From: Spirochaetota bacterium
GTDB lineage: Bacteria > Spirochaetota > UBA4802 > JAGODF01
Direction: 5' to 3'
Length of the DNA stretch: 60,043 nucleotides
NCBI GenBank assembly: GCA_026419015.1
Contig: JAOAAF010000003.1
Span: 1 to 60,043, forward strand
The notes below the pieces were generated by a model. The model ran no database searches. It was not told the DNA's origin and saw only the letters and a list, made by a program, of their open reading frames with translations. Made by a program: the position numbers and the translations under genes. Shown here one piece after another: positions 18,060 to 28,982 of the stretch (the first letter of the stretch is position 1; every line of letters starts with the position of its first letter).

Positions 18060-19104
18060 TCATCTGTTCCCAGGCCTCATTTATTTCGCGTTCGAGCGTT
18101 GCCCGCGCATCAGCTTCCCAATATACCGCAACGTGGGACTCGCATTTTACTGCGCGTTTGAGCCTTGTTTGCAAATCATACAAATTCCGCTTAAGAATTT
18201 CAACACTTTTCTCATTCTTACATACAATTGAAAGATGTATTATTCCCTCAATCTCTTTGCCAAACACTTCCACATGCCCCAGCTGCGACAAATCGAAGGC
18301 ACAGGCAATCATTCCATCCTTTGCAATTACCAAAAGATTCCGGTATTTCCCCTCATCGTAGATGGGAATAACGTATTCCGCATCATCCTTCGAAAACAGC
18401 CATCGCACGAAGCATGCATACGATTCTCTTAATTCCTCATCCCACTCAATGGATGCAAGGATGCTTTCTAAAAAAAGAGTCCCATCTCTCATATTCATTT
18501 CATCGGAATTCATTACAGTGTCAGATGAATCGACACTGCTCCCAAACCTACCAATCGCGCCAAGCACTGCGCCTAAAAATGGAAGAATGTTGCCCTTTGC
18601 AAGAATAAGCATGTTTTTTACTTTATCAACATCGCTTTTCAATATCCTCTTTTTCAACAAACCATTCAACAAAGCTGTCAATGCACCATCGAGATTCCCC
18701 GAAGGTATGCCCATAACGAGTTTAAAAAGTTGATATAGAGAAACGGATCCATGCGAACGCGATCGGAGATGAATGAGGTTTTTATGCATCCCGTATGCGT
18801 GTGCGACAAAAAAAGGCAGAATCTTAAAATTCGAAACTGAGGCGCCCTCATGATCCATCAGCTTAAAGACAAAGGTGTATTTTTGCTTTGAGGTGAGTAA
18901 AAGGTTTACGCGTTCGCTTTGAGGGAATTCACTTAAAAATTTCGCGATGATCTTCGTTCCCGCAATATCAATAAGGGCTTTATTTTCGTCTAATCGGCTG
19001 ACGATGCGGGCAACAATCTTTGCACCCGGGGTAAGATTACTGAGGATACGATTATTATTTTTCGTAGAAGAGACAACAATCTCGGCGTTTCGGTTAATTT
19101 TCAC
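18040..19104 (-). CDS. Putative FliK-like hook-length control protein
   Basis: C-terminal FDLSQLGHVEV...SVDVQA pattern and position just upstream of the FlhB_C-like gene. GTG start at 19104 follows GAGGA. Confidence 0.6.
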   Translation of the reverse strand: MKINRNAEIVVSSTKNNNRILSNLTPGAKIVARIVSRLDENKALIDIAGTKIIAKFLSEFPQSERVNLLLTSKQKYTFVFKLMDHEGASVSNFKILPFFVAHAYGMHKNLIHLRSRSHGSVSLYQLFKLVMGIPSGNLDGALTALLNGLLKKRILKSDVDKVKNMLILAKGNILPFLGAVLGAIGRFGSSVDSSDTVMNSDEMNMRDGTLFLESILASIEWDEELRESYACFVRWLFSKDDAEYVIPIYDEGKYRNLLVIAKDGMIACAFDLSQLGHVEVFGKEIEGIIHLSIVCKNEKSVEILKRNLYDLQTRLKRAVKCESHVAVYWEADARATLEREINEAWEQMSVDVQA

Positions 19105-19374
19105 AAGCCATTCCTCTTGAATTTGATTACTAACAAGTGAAATGTATTTCCAATTTACAAGACACAACGAAGCTTCCAATAACGCTTATGTGTTCTTGTT
19201 TTCCTTCCGACATATATATTCCTTTTTTTGCACACAACGTGGTTTTTTCAATACAACTTTTCAATGAACGTTTTAAAAAAATGTCAATCAAAATAAGAAG
19301 CGCAACATGTGGTTTTTCACAATTTACCGGATATTATTTTTTTATCTTAAATAAGGTTAATTCGTCAATGCACA

Positions 19375-19410
19375 AATAAAAAACCGCTCCTTGCGGAGCG
19401 GTTTTTTATT
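19375..19410. terminator. Intrinsic terminator after groEL (bidirectional form)
   Basis: Perfect 16-bp inverted repeat aataaaaaaccgctcc-ttgc-ggagcggttttttatt. Confidence 0.9.
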
Positions 19411-19426
19411 TTCAAACCAACAGCGA

Positions 19427-21058
<1,632 letters not shown>

Positions 21059-21081
21059 TTATCCTCTCTTTAATTTAAAAT

Positions 21082-21369
21082 TTATTTTTCGATAACTGCC
21101 AGAATATCGCTTTCGCGTACAATAAGATATTCCTTATTGTCGTACTTTACCTCGGTGCCCGCATACTTTCCGTATAGCACCACATCGCCCACTTTCACAT
21201 CGAGAGGAATAAGTTTCCCATCCTCGTAACGGCCATTTCCCACAGCGATGACCTTCCCTTGCTGGGGCTTTTCCTTAGCCGTATCGGGAATAAAAAGAGA
21301 ACCCTGTTTTTGAACTTCTTCCTCAATAACCTCTATGAGGACACGATCGCCTAATGGTCTTATAGCCAC
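21082..21369 (-). CDS. groS: Co-chaperonin GroES
   Basis: [18 protein letters not shown]; AAAGGAGG RBS and GTG start. Confidence 0.99.
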   Translation of the reverse strand: MAIRPLGDRVLIEVIEEEVQKQGSLFIPDTAKEKPQQGKVIAVGNGRYEDGKLIPLDVKVGDVVLYGKYAGTEVKYDNKEYLIVRESDILAVIEK

Positions 21370-21463
21370 GGTACGCCTCCTTTAGTTTTAAAATATAATG
21401 TGCCGCTGAGATAAAATATTTTCAGCGGAATGAATAGTTGCACTGAAATTTTTGGATGCATTG

Positions 21464-21489
21464 TTAGCACTCAATCAAGTGAGTGCTAA
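21464..21489. promoter_or_regulatory. CIRCE element (HrcA operator), 8-nt spacer
   Basis: TTAGCACTC-AATCAAGT-GAGTGCTAA upstream of groES. Confidence 0.88.
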
Positions 21490-21501
21490 TAGAGTAATAC
21501 T

Positions 21502-21529
21502 AATATACTGCTTTTTACGAGAGAAGCAA
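21502..21529 (-). promoter_or_regulatory. Putative sigma-70 promoter of groES-groEL
   Basis: TTGCTT-N16-TATATT immediately upstream of the CIRCE. Confidence 0.5.
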
Positions 21530-21740
21530 GCCCAAAAATTTTAAAATAAACCAAATAAAAACAAAATAACAATAAATAATTAAAAATATGAAACATAAAT
21601 GCTATTTTTTCTTTTTGTTTAATAAATACGTTAAGCGAATAATTTTTTTGACAAATTTTCAAAACGACCATTATATTATGTCTCATTAACTTAACGCGCA
21701 ATTTCCATTTCGCATTTAAAAAAATTTCTTTTTTTATCCA

Positions 21741-21769
21741 TTGACGAATAATCAGTATTATGATATTTT
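21741..21769 (+). promoter_or_regulatory. Putative sigma-70 promoter of the LVIVD lipoprotein gene
   Basis: TTGACG-N17-TATTTT with a TGn extension. Confidence 0.45.
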
Positions 21770-21805
21770 AAAAGCTATAAAATACCGTTTAATTCATAAT
21801 GATAT

Positions 21806-24412
21806 TTGAAAAGGACTAAAAATATGTCCTGTCATAATTTATGTACAAAAAATTCTTTTTGGATCATCATTGGATATCTAATATTCTCTTTCACTTGTTC
21901 CGATACCTTTATCGATGATTATCGCAGCGAGCTGCTGGCTAAACGCGCCGAAGGTGCACATTTTTCGCTATTCACGGGGACAACAATCATAAGCTTTACC
22001 GAAAACGGAGCGCCGGGGCTTTTTAAAGCAAAACTCACTGCACCGCCAGAAGCAAACGTGGTGCTCGACTTTACCAAATCCAATCAGTTTTGTACCACTT
22101 ACGGCATCGATGAGGTAATCGAATTTACTCCTTCTGCAATTGTCTTTACTCCCGAAAACTACAGCGAAGAACAGGAAGTGCAAGTCACCGTAAAAAACGA
22201 CATGCTCGTGTATGGTACTCGCAGCCATCAAATTAAATTGCCACCCCTTGAAAGCACCGATCCACTATACAATGGCATCGAAACGCCAACCGTCTACATT
22301 ACCATTTTCGAAGACGACGTACTGCCTGCCGCATATCCAATTATGCCTTACAACAACCAAAAAGATTTTGAAGAGTATAAAGATATTATTATACAATTCA
22401 ATAAAGAAATTGATGAAAAGACTGTGAATGAGCAAACTATATTCATCACAAATCAATTTGGGGAGCAAATTGTTGGATACTTGTGGATGGGAAACGATCG
22501 CAAAAGCGTATTTTTTTCTCCAAAAAATCGCCTGGCAAATGGCTGCGCCCATACCGTAACCCTTACAACTGCTATCAAGGATGTGTATGGCAATGCGCTT
22601 GAATCCAATTTTAGTTGGAACTTCACTGTTAGACTCACACCAATTGCGGTTGATGGAAGCTATACAACTTCTATCGATGCCCGTGCAATAACATCATCCG
22701 ATAATTACGCGTATGTTGCAGACTATTCAAATGGGCTTCGCATATTTGACATTTCAAATCCCCAAAATCCTAACAATATCGGAAACTATAAACACTCAGA
22801 AGGCTATTGCTACGACGTGAGCGTCAAAGACAATTACGCCTACCTTGCTTACGGCTCTGGTGGCTTAGTTATTGTTGATATTACCAATAAATCCAGTCCC
22901 CAATATAAAGTCAAATATAAAGAAAGTTCTGGAACAGCTTACAATGTCCACATCGCCGAAAACTACGCATATGTTGGTTATGGATCATCAGGACTTGTGA
23001 TTGTGGACATTTCTAATCCTTTAAATCCCCAAAAAAAAGGCAAGTACGATACCCCAGGAGTAAGTAGGGGAGTTTTTGTGAAAGATGCATTTGCGTATGT
23101 TGCCGACAGTTCTGCAGGTTTGCAGATTATTGATATATCGAACCCAGCAAATCCCCAACTCATAAAAACCTACGATACACCGGGAACTGCATTTGACGTT
23201 GCAGTGTTGAACAATCTCGCCTTCATTGCAGATGGAAGCAATGGGCTGGTCGTCCTCGATATACGCGACCCACAAAATCCACTATTAAAAGAAAAATATG
23301 AGGTCAGAGGAGAGGCAAAGAGCGTTATCCTCGATGGATCAACAGTATATGTCGCTGATGGGCAAAATGGATTTTTCGCAATAGATTACGCATATCAAAA
23401 TGCACCTTTTCGATCAATCCAATATTACGACACCCCCCAAAAAGCATACGACATTGCGATAAATAAAAACTATATTTATCTTGCAAACAGTTCAAGCGGT
23501 TTTCAAATTTTCCACAAAGATCTTCCCGATGCAATCTACTGCACAAGCGTGTACTCAAAAGACGCGCAAACAGCCTTCATTCATGGAACTCATGCATATG
23601 TAGCAAATCTCAGCAAAGGATTAGTAATACTCGATATTTCCAATCCTTTTTTCCCAAACCTGCTCGCAACCTACGACACGCCGGGCAGTGTTTTCGATGT
23701 TGCCGTTTCAAATGGCTATGCCTACCTCGCCGACGATGCTTGTGGATTGCGCATTGCAAATATCAAAAATCCCGCCACTCCTGCAACCGTTGCATCGTAC
23801 GATACCGACGGCAATGCATACGGAATTACAATCAGCTTTCCGTATGCCTTTGTGGCTGATGGCTCCAAAGGAGTCGTTATTTTAAATGTTTCAAATCCAT
23901 CAGATCCACAACTGATTACGAAATACGATACAGATAGTACTTCGTATAATGTTGCGCTTTATAACAATTATGCAATTGTCGCTGACCATACTTCGGGCAT
24001 GCTGATTTTGGATATCTCCACAATTTCAAACCCATCGTTAAAAACAAAAATAGATACCAAAGGCTATGCATACGATGTCGAAGTAGCAGGCAAATACGCA
24101 TATTTAGCAGATGGTCCAAATGGGCTTCTCGTATATGACCTTACAAATCCCGAAAATCCTCAAGAAGTATATTCCGAAGATACCGCTGGCAATGCTCAAG
24201 ATATTTCAATATCGGGAACAAAACTACTGGTAGCCGACTACACCGGTGGAGTTCTCCTTTTCAACATATCCAACCCCTCCTCACCGTCAAAACTTATTGC
24301 GCTTACCCGAAGCGGAATACAATGCGTGGGTGTAACTGCTTCCAAAAATTATGTGTATGCAGTCGATTCCAGTTTTGGAATCCATATATTCAAGCATTTT
24401 TATGGCGAATAA
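21806..24412 (+). CDS. Surface lipoprotein with Ig-like (Big_5-type) domains and 14 LVIVD repeats
   Basis: FSFTC lipobox; FTPENYSEEQ.V and IIIQFNKEID...IKDVYGNAL...WNFT Ig domains; repeated YAYVAD..GL.I.DISNP..P. Start may be 21824. Confidence 0.9.
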   Translation: MKRTKNMSCHNLCTKNSFWIIIGYLIFSFTCSDTFIDDYRSELLAKRAEGAHFSLFTGTTIISFTENGAPGLFKAKLTAPPEANVVLDFTKSNQFCTTYGIDEVIEFTPSAIVFTPENYSEEQEVQVTVKNDMLVYGTRSHQIKLPPLESTDPLYNGIETPTVYITIFEDDVLPAAYPIMPYNNQKDFEEYKDIIIQFNKEIDEKTVNEQTIFITNQFGEQIVGYLWMGNDRKSVFFSPKNRLANGCAHTVTLTTAIKDVYGNALESNFSWNFTVRLTPIAVDGSYTTSIDARAITSSDNYAYVADYSNGLRIFDISNPQNPNNIGNYKHSEGYCYDVSVKDNYAYLAYGSGGLVIVDITNKSSPQYKVKYKESSGTAYNVHIAENYAYVGYGSSGLVIVDISNPLNPQKKGKYDTPGVSRGVFVKDAFAYVADSSAGLQIIDISNPANPQLIKTYDTPGTAFDVAVLNNLAFIADGSNGLVVLDIRDPQNPLLKEKYEVRGEAKSVILDGSTVYVADGQNGFFAIDYAYQNAPFRSIQYYDTPQKAYDIAINKNYIYLANSSSGFQIFHKDLPDAIYCTSVYSKDAQTAFIHGTHAYVANLSKGLVILDISNPFFPNLLATYDTPGSVFDVAVSNGYAYLADDACGLRIANIKNPATPATVASYDTDGNAYGITISFPYAFVADGSKGVVILNVSNPSDPQLITKYDTDSTSYNVALYNNYAIVADHTSGMLILDISTISNPSLKTKIDTKGYAYDVEVAGKYAYLADGPNGLLVYDLTNPENPQEVYSEDTAGNAQDISISGTKLLVADYTGGVLLFNISNPSSPSKLIALTRSGIQCVGVTASKNYVYAVDSSFGIHIFKHFYGE
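22664..24409 (+). repeat. 14 degenerate LVIVD coding repeats of about 42 aa
   Basis: Counted manually in the translation. Confidence 0.85.
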
Positions 24413-24429
24413 GTTATTATTGGGTTATT

Positions 24430-24912
24430 TTATTCCATCTGAATGGCAAAATCGCCGCTTTTTCCACCCGTTTTGGATATCACGCGCACATCGCTAATTG
24501 CCATTGTTTTGTCCACTGCTTTGCACATATCGTATACTGTAAGGGCAGCAATGGTCACAGCAACAAGCGCTTCCATCTCTGCGCCAGTTTTCCCTTCGAG
24601 GCGTACTTCTGATGAAATCATTACCCTCCGATGCTCGTCGTCAATCTCAAAACGCACATCGACAAAATGCAATTGTAGCGGATGGCACATGGGGATAAGC
24701 TCGTGCGCCTTTTTTGCTCCCATAATACCCGCTATGCGCGCAACTTCGAACACATTTCCTTTGGGAATTAGTCTTTCGCGAATAAGCCGAATAGTTTCTT
24801 CCTTCATTGAGACATACCCAATAGCCTTTGCAGTTCGCAATGTTACTGGCTTTTGTGAAACATCGACCATTCGCGAGCATCCCTGCTCATCGTAATGAGT
24901 AAATTTTTCCAT
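24430..24912 (-). CDS. moaC: Cyclic pyranopterin monophosphate synthase MoaC
   Basis: MVDVSQK, ARIAGIMGAKK, LIPMCHP, EMEAL, YDMCKAVD. Confidence 0.97.
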   Translation of the reverse strand: MEKFTHYDEQGCSRMVDVSQKPVTLRTAKAIGYVSMKEETIRLIRERLIPKGNVFEVARIAGIMGAKKAHELIPMCHPLQLHFVDVRFEIDDEHRRVMISSEVRLEGKTGAEMEALVAVTIAALTVYDMCKAVDKTMAISDVRVISKTGGKSGDFAIQME

Positions 24913-24918
24913 CGATAT

Positions 24919-25659
24919 TCAATATCGCCTATCTTGAATAAACTGGATGATAAAGCTTACAAAACCCGAAACAATATATATTCCGATAAAAATGAAAATT
25001 GACCACTTGCGAAAAACAACGATGACCGCGATGAAAAATAAAATCAAAAGCACGATGCGAATTCCAGAAAAATATTTTGCAATGGTTGTCTGCGGCTTGC
25101 TGAATCGTATGGTTGATACCATCAGGAATGCAGTAACGATAAATGCAATGATCAATGCAATCTTTTTCCATCCGAATCGAAATGCCATCACAGGGAAAAA
25201 CACTGGCACGAGCGCTACTATTATCCCTGCCGCTGGGGAAGGAAGCCCACTGAAGGAATCGGGTTCGTGCGAAACATTAAACCGCGCAAGCCGATATGCT
25301 GCGCAAAGTGGGAAAATTGCAGCAATCGCCACCCCCACATCGAACTCATATCCGACAAAAGCGACGTTCATCCCAGAAAAAAAAGCTTTATATGCTAAAA
25401 AGCCCGGCGCAACGCCGAATGCCACACAATCAGCAAGCGAATCCAATTCCCCACCAAGGCGGCTTGTGACTTTAAGTGCCCGAGCAGTGGGACCATCGAG
25501 CCCATCAAAAAGCGCTGCACCCAAAATTAATATACCTGCGAAAAAAAATGGTTGAGAGTTACTTATGCTCCCCATACTCGAAAAGACAAGGGATATAAAG
25601 CCAAGCAACATATTCCCCAATGTTAGGGAATTTGGTATCCATGCTAAATTTAGTTTCAT
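24919..25659 (-). CDS. pssA: CDP-diacylglycerol--serine O-phosphatidyltransferase
   Basis: IPNSLTLGN, DGLDGPTAR...GGELDSLAD, RLARFN, FSGLPSP. Confidence 0.9.
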   Translation of the reverse strand: MKLNLAWIPNSLTLGNMLLGFISLVFSSMGSISNSQPFFFAGILILGAALFDGLDGPTARALKVTSRLGGELDSLADCVAFGVAPGFLAYKAFFSGMNVAFVGYEFDVGVAIAAIFPLCAAYRLARFNVSHEPDSFSGLPSPAAGIIVALVPVFFPVMAFRFGWKKIALIIAFIVTAFLMVSTIRFSKPQTTIAKYFSGIRIVLLILFFIAVIVVFRKWSIFIFIGIYIVSGFVSFIIQFIQDRRY

Positions 25660-25790
25660 CCCACACCTACTTTTTTCTCAAGTGCAATCTCTACGTTGGT
25701 CTAAATTGCTCTAAAAGAATTGGCAATGTCAATCATAAAAAAATCTATACCGTATAATGCTTATGCAAAAATAAAATTTAATTAAAAAAA

Positions 25791-26891
25791 TTATAAAGTC
25801 GTGCGGAGCAATTGTTTTTCTCTATGGCGTTCCAATGCAAGTTCAATGAGTCGCGTCAGCAAGTCCCCATACGAAACATTTGATGCTTCCCAAAGCTTTG
25901 GATACATGCTAATGGTCGTAAATCCCGGTAGAGTATTTATTTCATTAATGAAATATCGATTTGTCCCCTTTTCCAGGAAAAAATCCACACGTGCCATACC
26001 GGCACAGCAAAGCGCTCTATATGCTCGCAATGCGGCAGCGCGAATTTCCTGACTTAACTCGTGTGAAACTTCTGCAGGAATTTTAAGAGAAGCCCCATGC
26101 GGATCAATGTATTTTGCTTCGTATGAATAAAACTCATGATGTGGAACAACTTCACCAAGCACAGATACCTGAGGATTTCTATTTCCTAATACAGCACATT
26201 CAATTTCCCTACAATCGATTGCCTTTTCCACAATAACTTTCACGGAAAACTGCATTGCCGATTCGATGGCGAAAACAAGTTCGTTCTGATTTTTCGCTTT
26301 TCTCACTCCCACTGAAGAACCTGAATTTGCGGGCTTCACGAAAAGAGGAAAACCAAACTCATTGGCGATGGTCGAAAGGAGCGCGTCTTTTCGTTCGTTC
26401 CAATCTTCGGGAAATATTGTTTTCCAAGGAACTACCGAAAGACCCGCATCGCGCAGCAAGCGCTTTGCAATATCTTTATCCATCCCAATCGCCGAACCAG
26501 CCACATCAGCTCCAACATATGGAACACCGGCAAGTTCCAATAGCCCCTGAAGTGTCCCATCCTCACAATATGTCCCATGAACAACAGGGAAAACTATATC
26601 AACAAAAATCGTTCGACCGCTCTCCCGCTCGATAAGTTCCATCCCTTTCGTTTTGCCCGCATGATTTACCAACCATTTCCCAGTTTTGCGTAACGCCAAT
26701 ACTTTTCCAAAATGAGGATGATCAACGATTTCGGGATGATTCTGTACATGCCAACTTCCATCCCTATCGATTCCTATCGCGATAACGGAGTATTTCTTTT
26801 CATCTAAATTTGCAACCACTGAAGCCGCAGAACACAAGGAGACGTCGTGTTCACCAGATTTTCCCCCATACAATACGCCAACTGCGAGCAT
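25791..26891 (-). CDS. ddl: D-alanine--D-alanine ligase
   Basis: GGKSGEHDVSL, HGTYCEDGTLQG, GSSVG, FYSYEAKY, EINTLPGFT. Confidence 0.97.
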   Translation of the reverse strand: MLAVGVLYGGKSGEHDVSLCSAASVVANLDEKKYSVIAIGIDRDGSWHVQNHPEIVDHPHFGKVLALRKTGKWLVNHAGKTKGMELIERESGRTIFVDIVFPVVHGTYCEDGTLQGLLELAGVPYVGADVAGSAIGMDKDIAKRLLRDAGLSVVPWKTIFPEDWNERKDALLSTIANEFGFPLFVKPANSGSSVGVRKAKNQNELVFAIESAMQFSVKVIVEKAIDCREIECAVLGNRNPQVSVLGEVVPHHEFYSYEAKYIDPHGASLKIPAEVSHELSQEIRAAALRAYRALCCAGMARVDFFLEKGTNRYFINEINTLPGFTTISMYPKLWEASNVSYGDLLTRLIELALERHREKQLLRTTL

Positions 26892-26895
26892 TACT

Positions 26896-27375
26896 TTACG
26901 CTGCCGATTCGATAAACTCTTGATGAATGACGCGTTGCGCTAATTCGGCATATTTGCCATCAATGCAACACGATATTCCTATTTCAGAAGTTGAAATCAT
27001 CTCGATGTTAATATTGTTATCCGCCAATACCTTAAACATGCGCCCCGCAACGCCATAAGATGAGAGCATCCCCACGCCAACTGCCGAAACGATAGCAATA
27101 TTTTCCTTTGCCTCAATTGCCGAACCACCTAATTCATCTTTTAGTTTCTCTGTAAGCTCCAACGCTCTTTGTAAATCTTTCTTTAATACTGTAAACGAGA
27201 TGGAAGCTTTCCCATCATGGCCTGTCGATTGAACGATCATATTAATATAAATTTTGGCCTCACCCATCTTACCAAAAAGCTTCGCCGCAACACCAGGTTT
27301 GTCCTCTAAATTCCAAATAGTAATTTTCGCTTCATCGGTTTTTGCGGTTACCCCGCTTACCACAAATTTTTCCAT
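26896..27375 (-). CDS. Aspartate kinase beta subunit from an in-frame internal start
   Basis: AAAGGAGGAG-ATG-ATG inside lysC at the start of the ACT region. Confidence 0.7.
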   Translation of the reverse strand: MEKFVVSGVTAKTDEAKITIWNLEDKPGVAAKLFGKMGEAKIYINMIVQSTGHDGKASISFTVLKKDLQRALELTEKLKDELGGSAIEAKENIAIVSAVGVGMLSSYGVAGRMFKVLADNNINIEMISTSEIGISCCIDGKYAELAQRVIHQEFIESAA

Positions 27376-28113
27376 CATCTCCTCCTTTGGCATTACAATT
27401 GTTCCTTCTTCGTAATTGAAGCTGGAACGTACAGTAATTTTAATATTATACTTTTTCGCAAATTCTACCGAACGCGAATGAAGAACACCCGCTCCCAACC
27501 GCGCAAGCTCGAGCATTTCATCATAGCTAATCTCTCGCAATTTTCTGGCTGCTGGAACAACTCGTGGATCCGCAGTAAACACGCCATCTACATCGGTATA
27601 AATTTCACAATCGCGCGTCTTCAGTACCGCCGCAAGCGCCACCGCTGTCGTATCGGATCCACCCCTTCCCAATGTTGTAATGTTTTCTTCTTCATCAATA
27701 CCCTGAAATCCAGCAACGATAACCACTTTCCCTTCATTCAGCGATTTGAGAATTCGATCCGTTGCGATGCTCTCGATTTTTGCCTCTGAAAAATTTCCAT
27801 CGGTCATCACGCGCACCTGTGAACCTGTATATGAAATTGCATCCACCCCTTTTTCGTGTAACGCCATTGCTAAAAGTGCTATCGATACCTGCTCTCCTGT
27901 TGAAAGAAGCATATCCATTTCGCGCTTGCTCGGCGATTTTGAAATCTGCTTTGCAAGCTCAATGAGCTGATCGGTAGTCTTTCCCATTGCCGAAACAACA
28001 ACGACCAACGAGTATCCTTTATTCACATACGACTTAATCCGATCAGCAACTGCCATGATGCGCTCAGGTGTTCCTACACTGGTTCCACCATATTTTTGAA
28101 CTAAAATATTCAT
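26896..28113 (-). CDS. lysC: Aspartate kinase (alpha subunit)
   Basis: [21 protein letters not shown], two ACT domains. Confidence 0.97.
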   Translation of the reverse strand: MNILVQKYGGTSVGTPERIMAVADRIKSYVNKGYSLVVVVSAMGKTTDQLIELAKQISKSPSKREMDMLLSTGEQVSIALLAMALHEKGVDAISYTGSQVRVMTDGNFSEAKIESIATDRILKSLNEGKVVIVAGFQGIDEEENITTLGRGGSDTTAVALAAVLKTRDCEIYTDVDGVFTADPRVVPAARKLREISYDEMLELARLGAGVLHSRSVEFAKKYNIKITVRSSFNYEEGTIVMPKEEMMEKFVVSGVTAKTDEAKITIWNLEDKPGVAAKLFGKMGEAKIYINMIVQSTGHDGKASISFTVLKKDLQRALELTEKLKDELGGSAIEAKENIAIVSAVGVGMLSSYGVAGRMFKVLADNNINIEMISTSEIGISCCIDGKYAELAQRVIHQEFIESAA

Positions 28114-28418
28114 CGCACCACACCCTTCATAATAATTTTATTAAAATAATTACTTTTAATGTAAAAATCACCCATTATTTAGTTTAAAAAATTTTCGATT
28201 ATCAATGAACGTTCAAAAATCTTAAACCGCTTATCGCAATGATATTTGCATCAACATATCCCGCATTTTCAATGACAGCCATCGCAACCTTAAATTTTTG
28301 TCAATGATAAACTTTGAACGAAATTCTTACAAATTTGTAAAAAATTAAAAAAATTTTTTCATTTTTGCAATCTTCATTCGTATTATTATATGAACGTACT
28401 CAAATGGAGGTCATATTT

Positions 28419-28901
28419 ATGAAAAAAATCGATACTACCTATGTAATGAGAACCGATGTGATTGAATTCCTTTTGAATGCTCAAGAAAAAACATGCGTAT
28501 GTAAAGAAGTTCTCATTATACGCGCTATTCAACATATGCTCAAAAATCACAAAAAATATTTATCCAATGAAGGTCGAATAAAATACCAAGATCGCATCAA
28601 CAAGCAGACGGGGCTGCCTATATCAAAAAAAAGAGTTAAAGTTCGTTTTCTCCAAAAGGAATACAATTATTTTCAAGATATGCGGAAATTTTTTGGTCGT
28701 TCAATTTCATTGATAATCGCTATTGCAGTATTCGAATATCTTGAAAATGTGGTTAAGATGATTTTAAGGAATAAGCTTAATCCATTTGAGGATAATTATC
28801 CATATCATGGATATGCGTGGGTTGAAAAAAGAATTGAAAATATTACATATTTTAAAATTTGGTGGGGAATTCCTGAAAATTTAGAATTACTCGTTACCTA
28901 A
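28419..28901 (+). CDS. Spirochaete hypothetical protein, DUF1564/ribbon-helix-helix-like (tentative)
   Basis: GGAGG RBS before MKKIDTT; KYQ...EYNYFQDMRKFFGRSISLIIA...DNY...WWGIP pattern; AT-rich. Confidence 0.6.
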   Translation: MKKIDTTYVMRTDVIEFLLNAQEKTCVCKEVLIIRAIQHMLKNHKKYLSNEGRIKYQDRINKQTGLPISKKRVKVRFLQKEYNYFQDMRKFFGRSISLIIAIAVFEYLENVVKMILRNKLNPFEDNYPYHGYAWVEKRIENITYFKIWWGIPENLELLVT

Positions 28902-28953
28902 AATCAATAAATTTTATTTATTTCCACAACAAAATTTATTCCAAAAAACTACG

Positions 28954-28976
28954 AAAAGGGAAAGTATTGCCCTTTC
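28954..28976 (-). terminator. Putative terminator between convergent genes
   Basis: gaaaggg-caatacttt-ccctttt hairpin followed by a T-rich tract on the minus strand. Confidence 0.45.
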
Positions 28977-28982
28977 ATCGCT

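Noticed and set aside
19231-19315. Two CAAC..GTGGTTTTT repeats as NrdR boxes
   Set aside because: Poor palindromes about 70 nt apart, with no nrd gene nearby.
19324-19350. Sigma-28 promoter for the fliK-like gene (TTAAG-N14-TCCGGTAA)
   Set aside because: Spacer is one base shorter than at the other sites, CCGG replaces CCGA, and it is over 200 nt from the start.
21486-21701. 71-aa ORF upstream of groES
   Set aside because: Low-complexity AT-rich promoter DNA overlapping the CIRCE and promoter; no RBS.
25791-26891. Van-type D-Ala-D-Lac ligase
   Set aside because: The omega loop reads FYSYEAKY (D-Ala-D-Ala type) and there is no vanH/vanX context.
28114-28418. Lysine riboswitch upstream of lysC
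   Set aside because: AT-rich region without the AGAGGNGC start or the multi-stem pattern.
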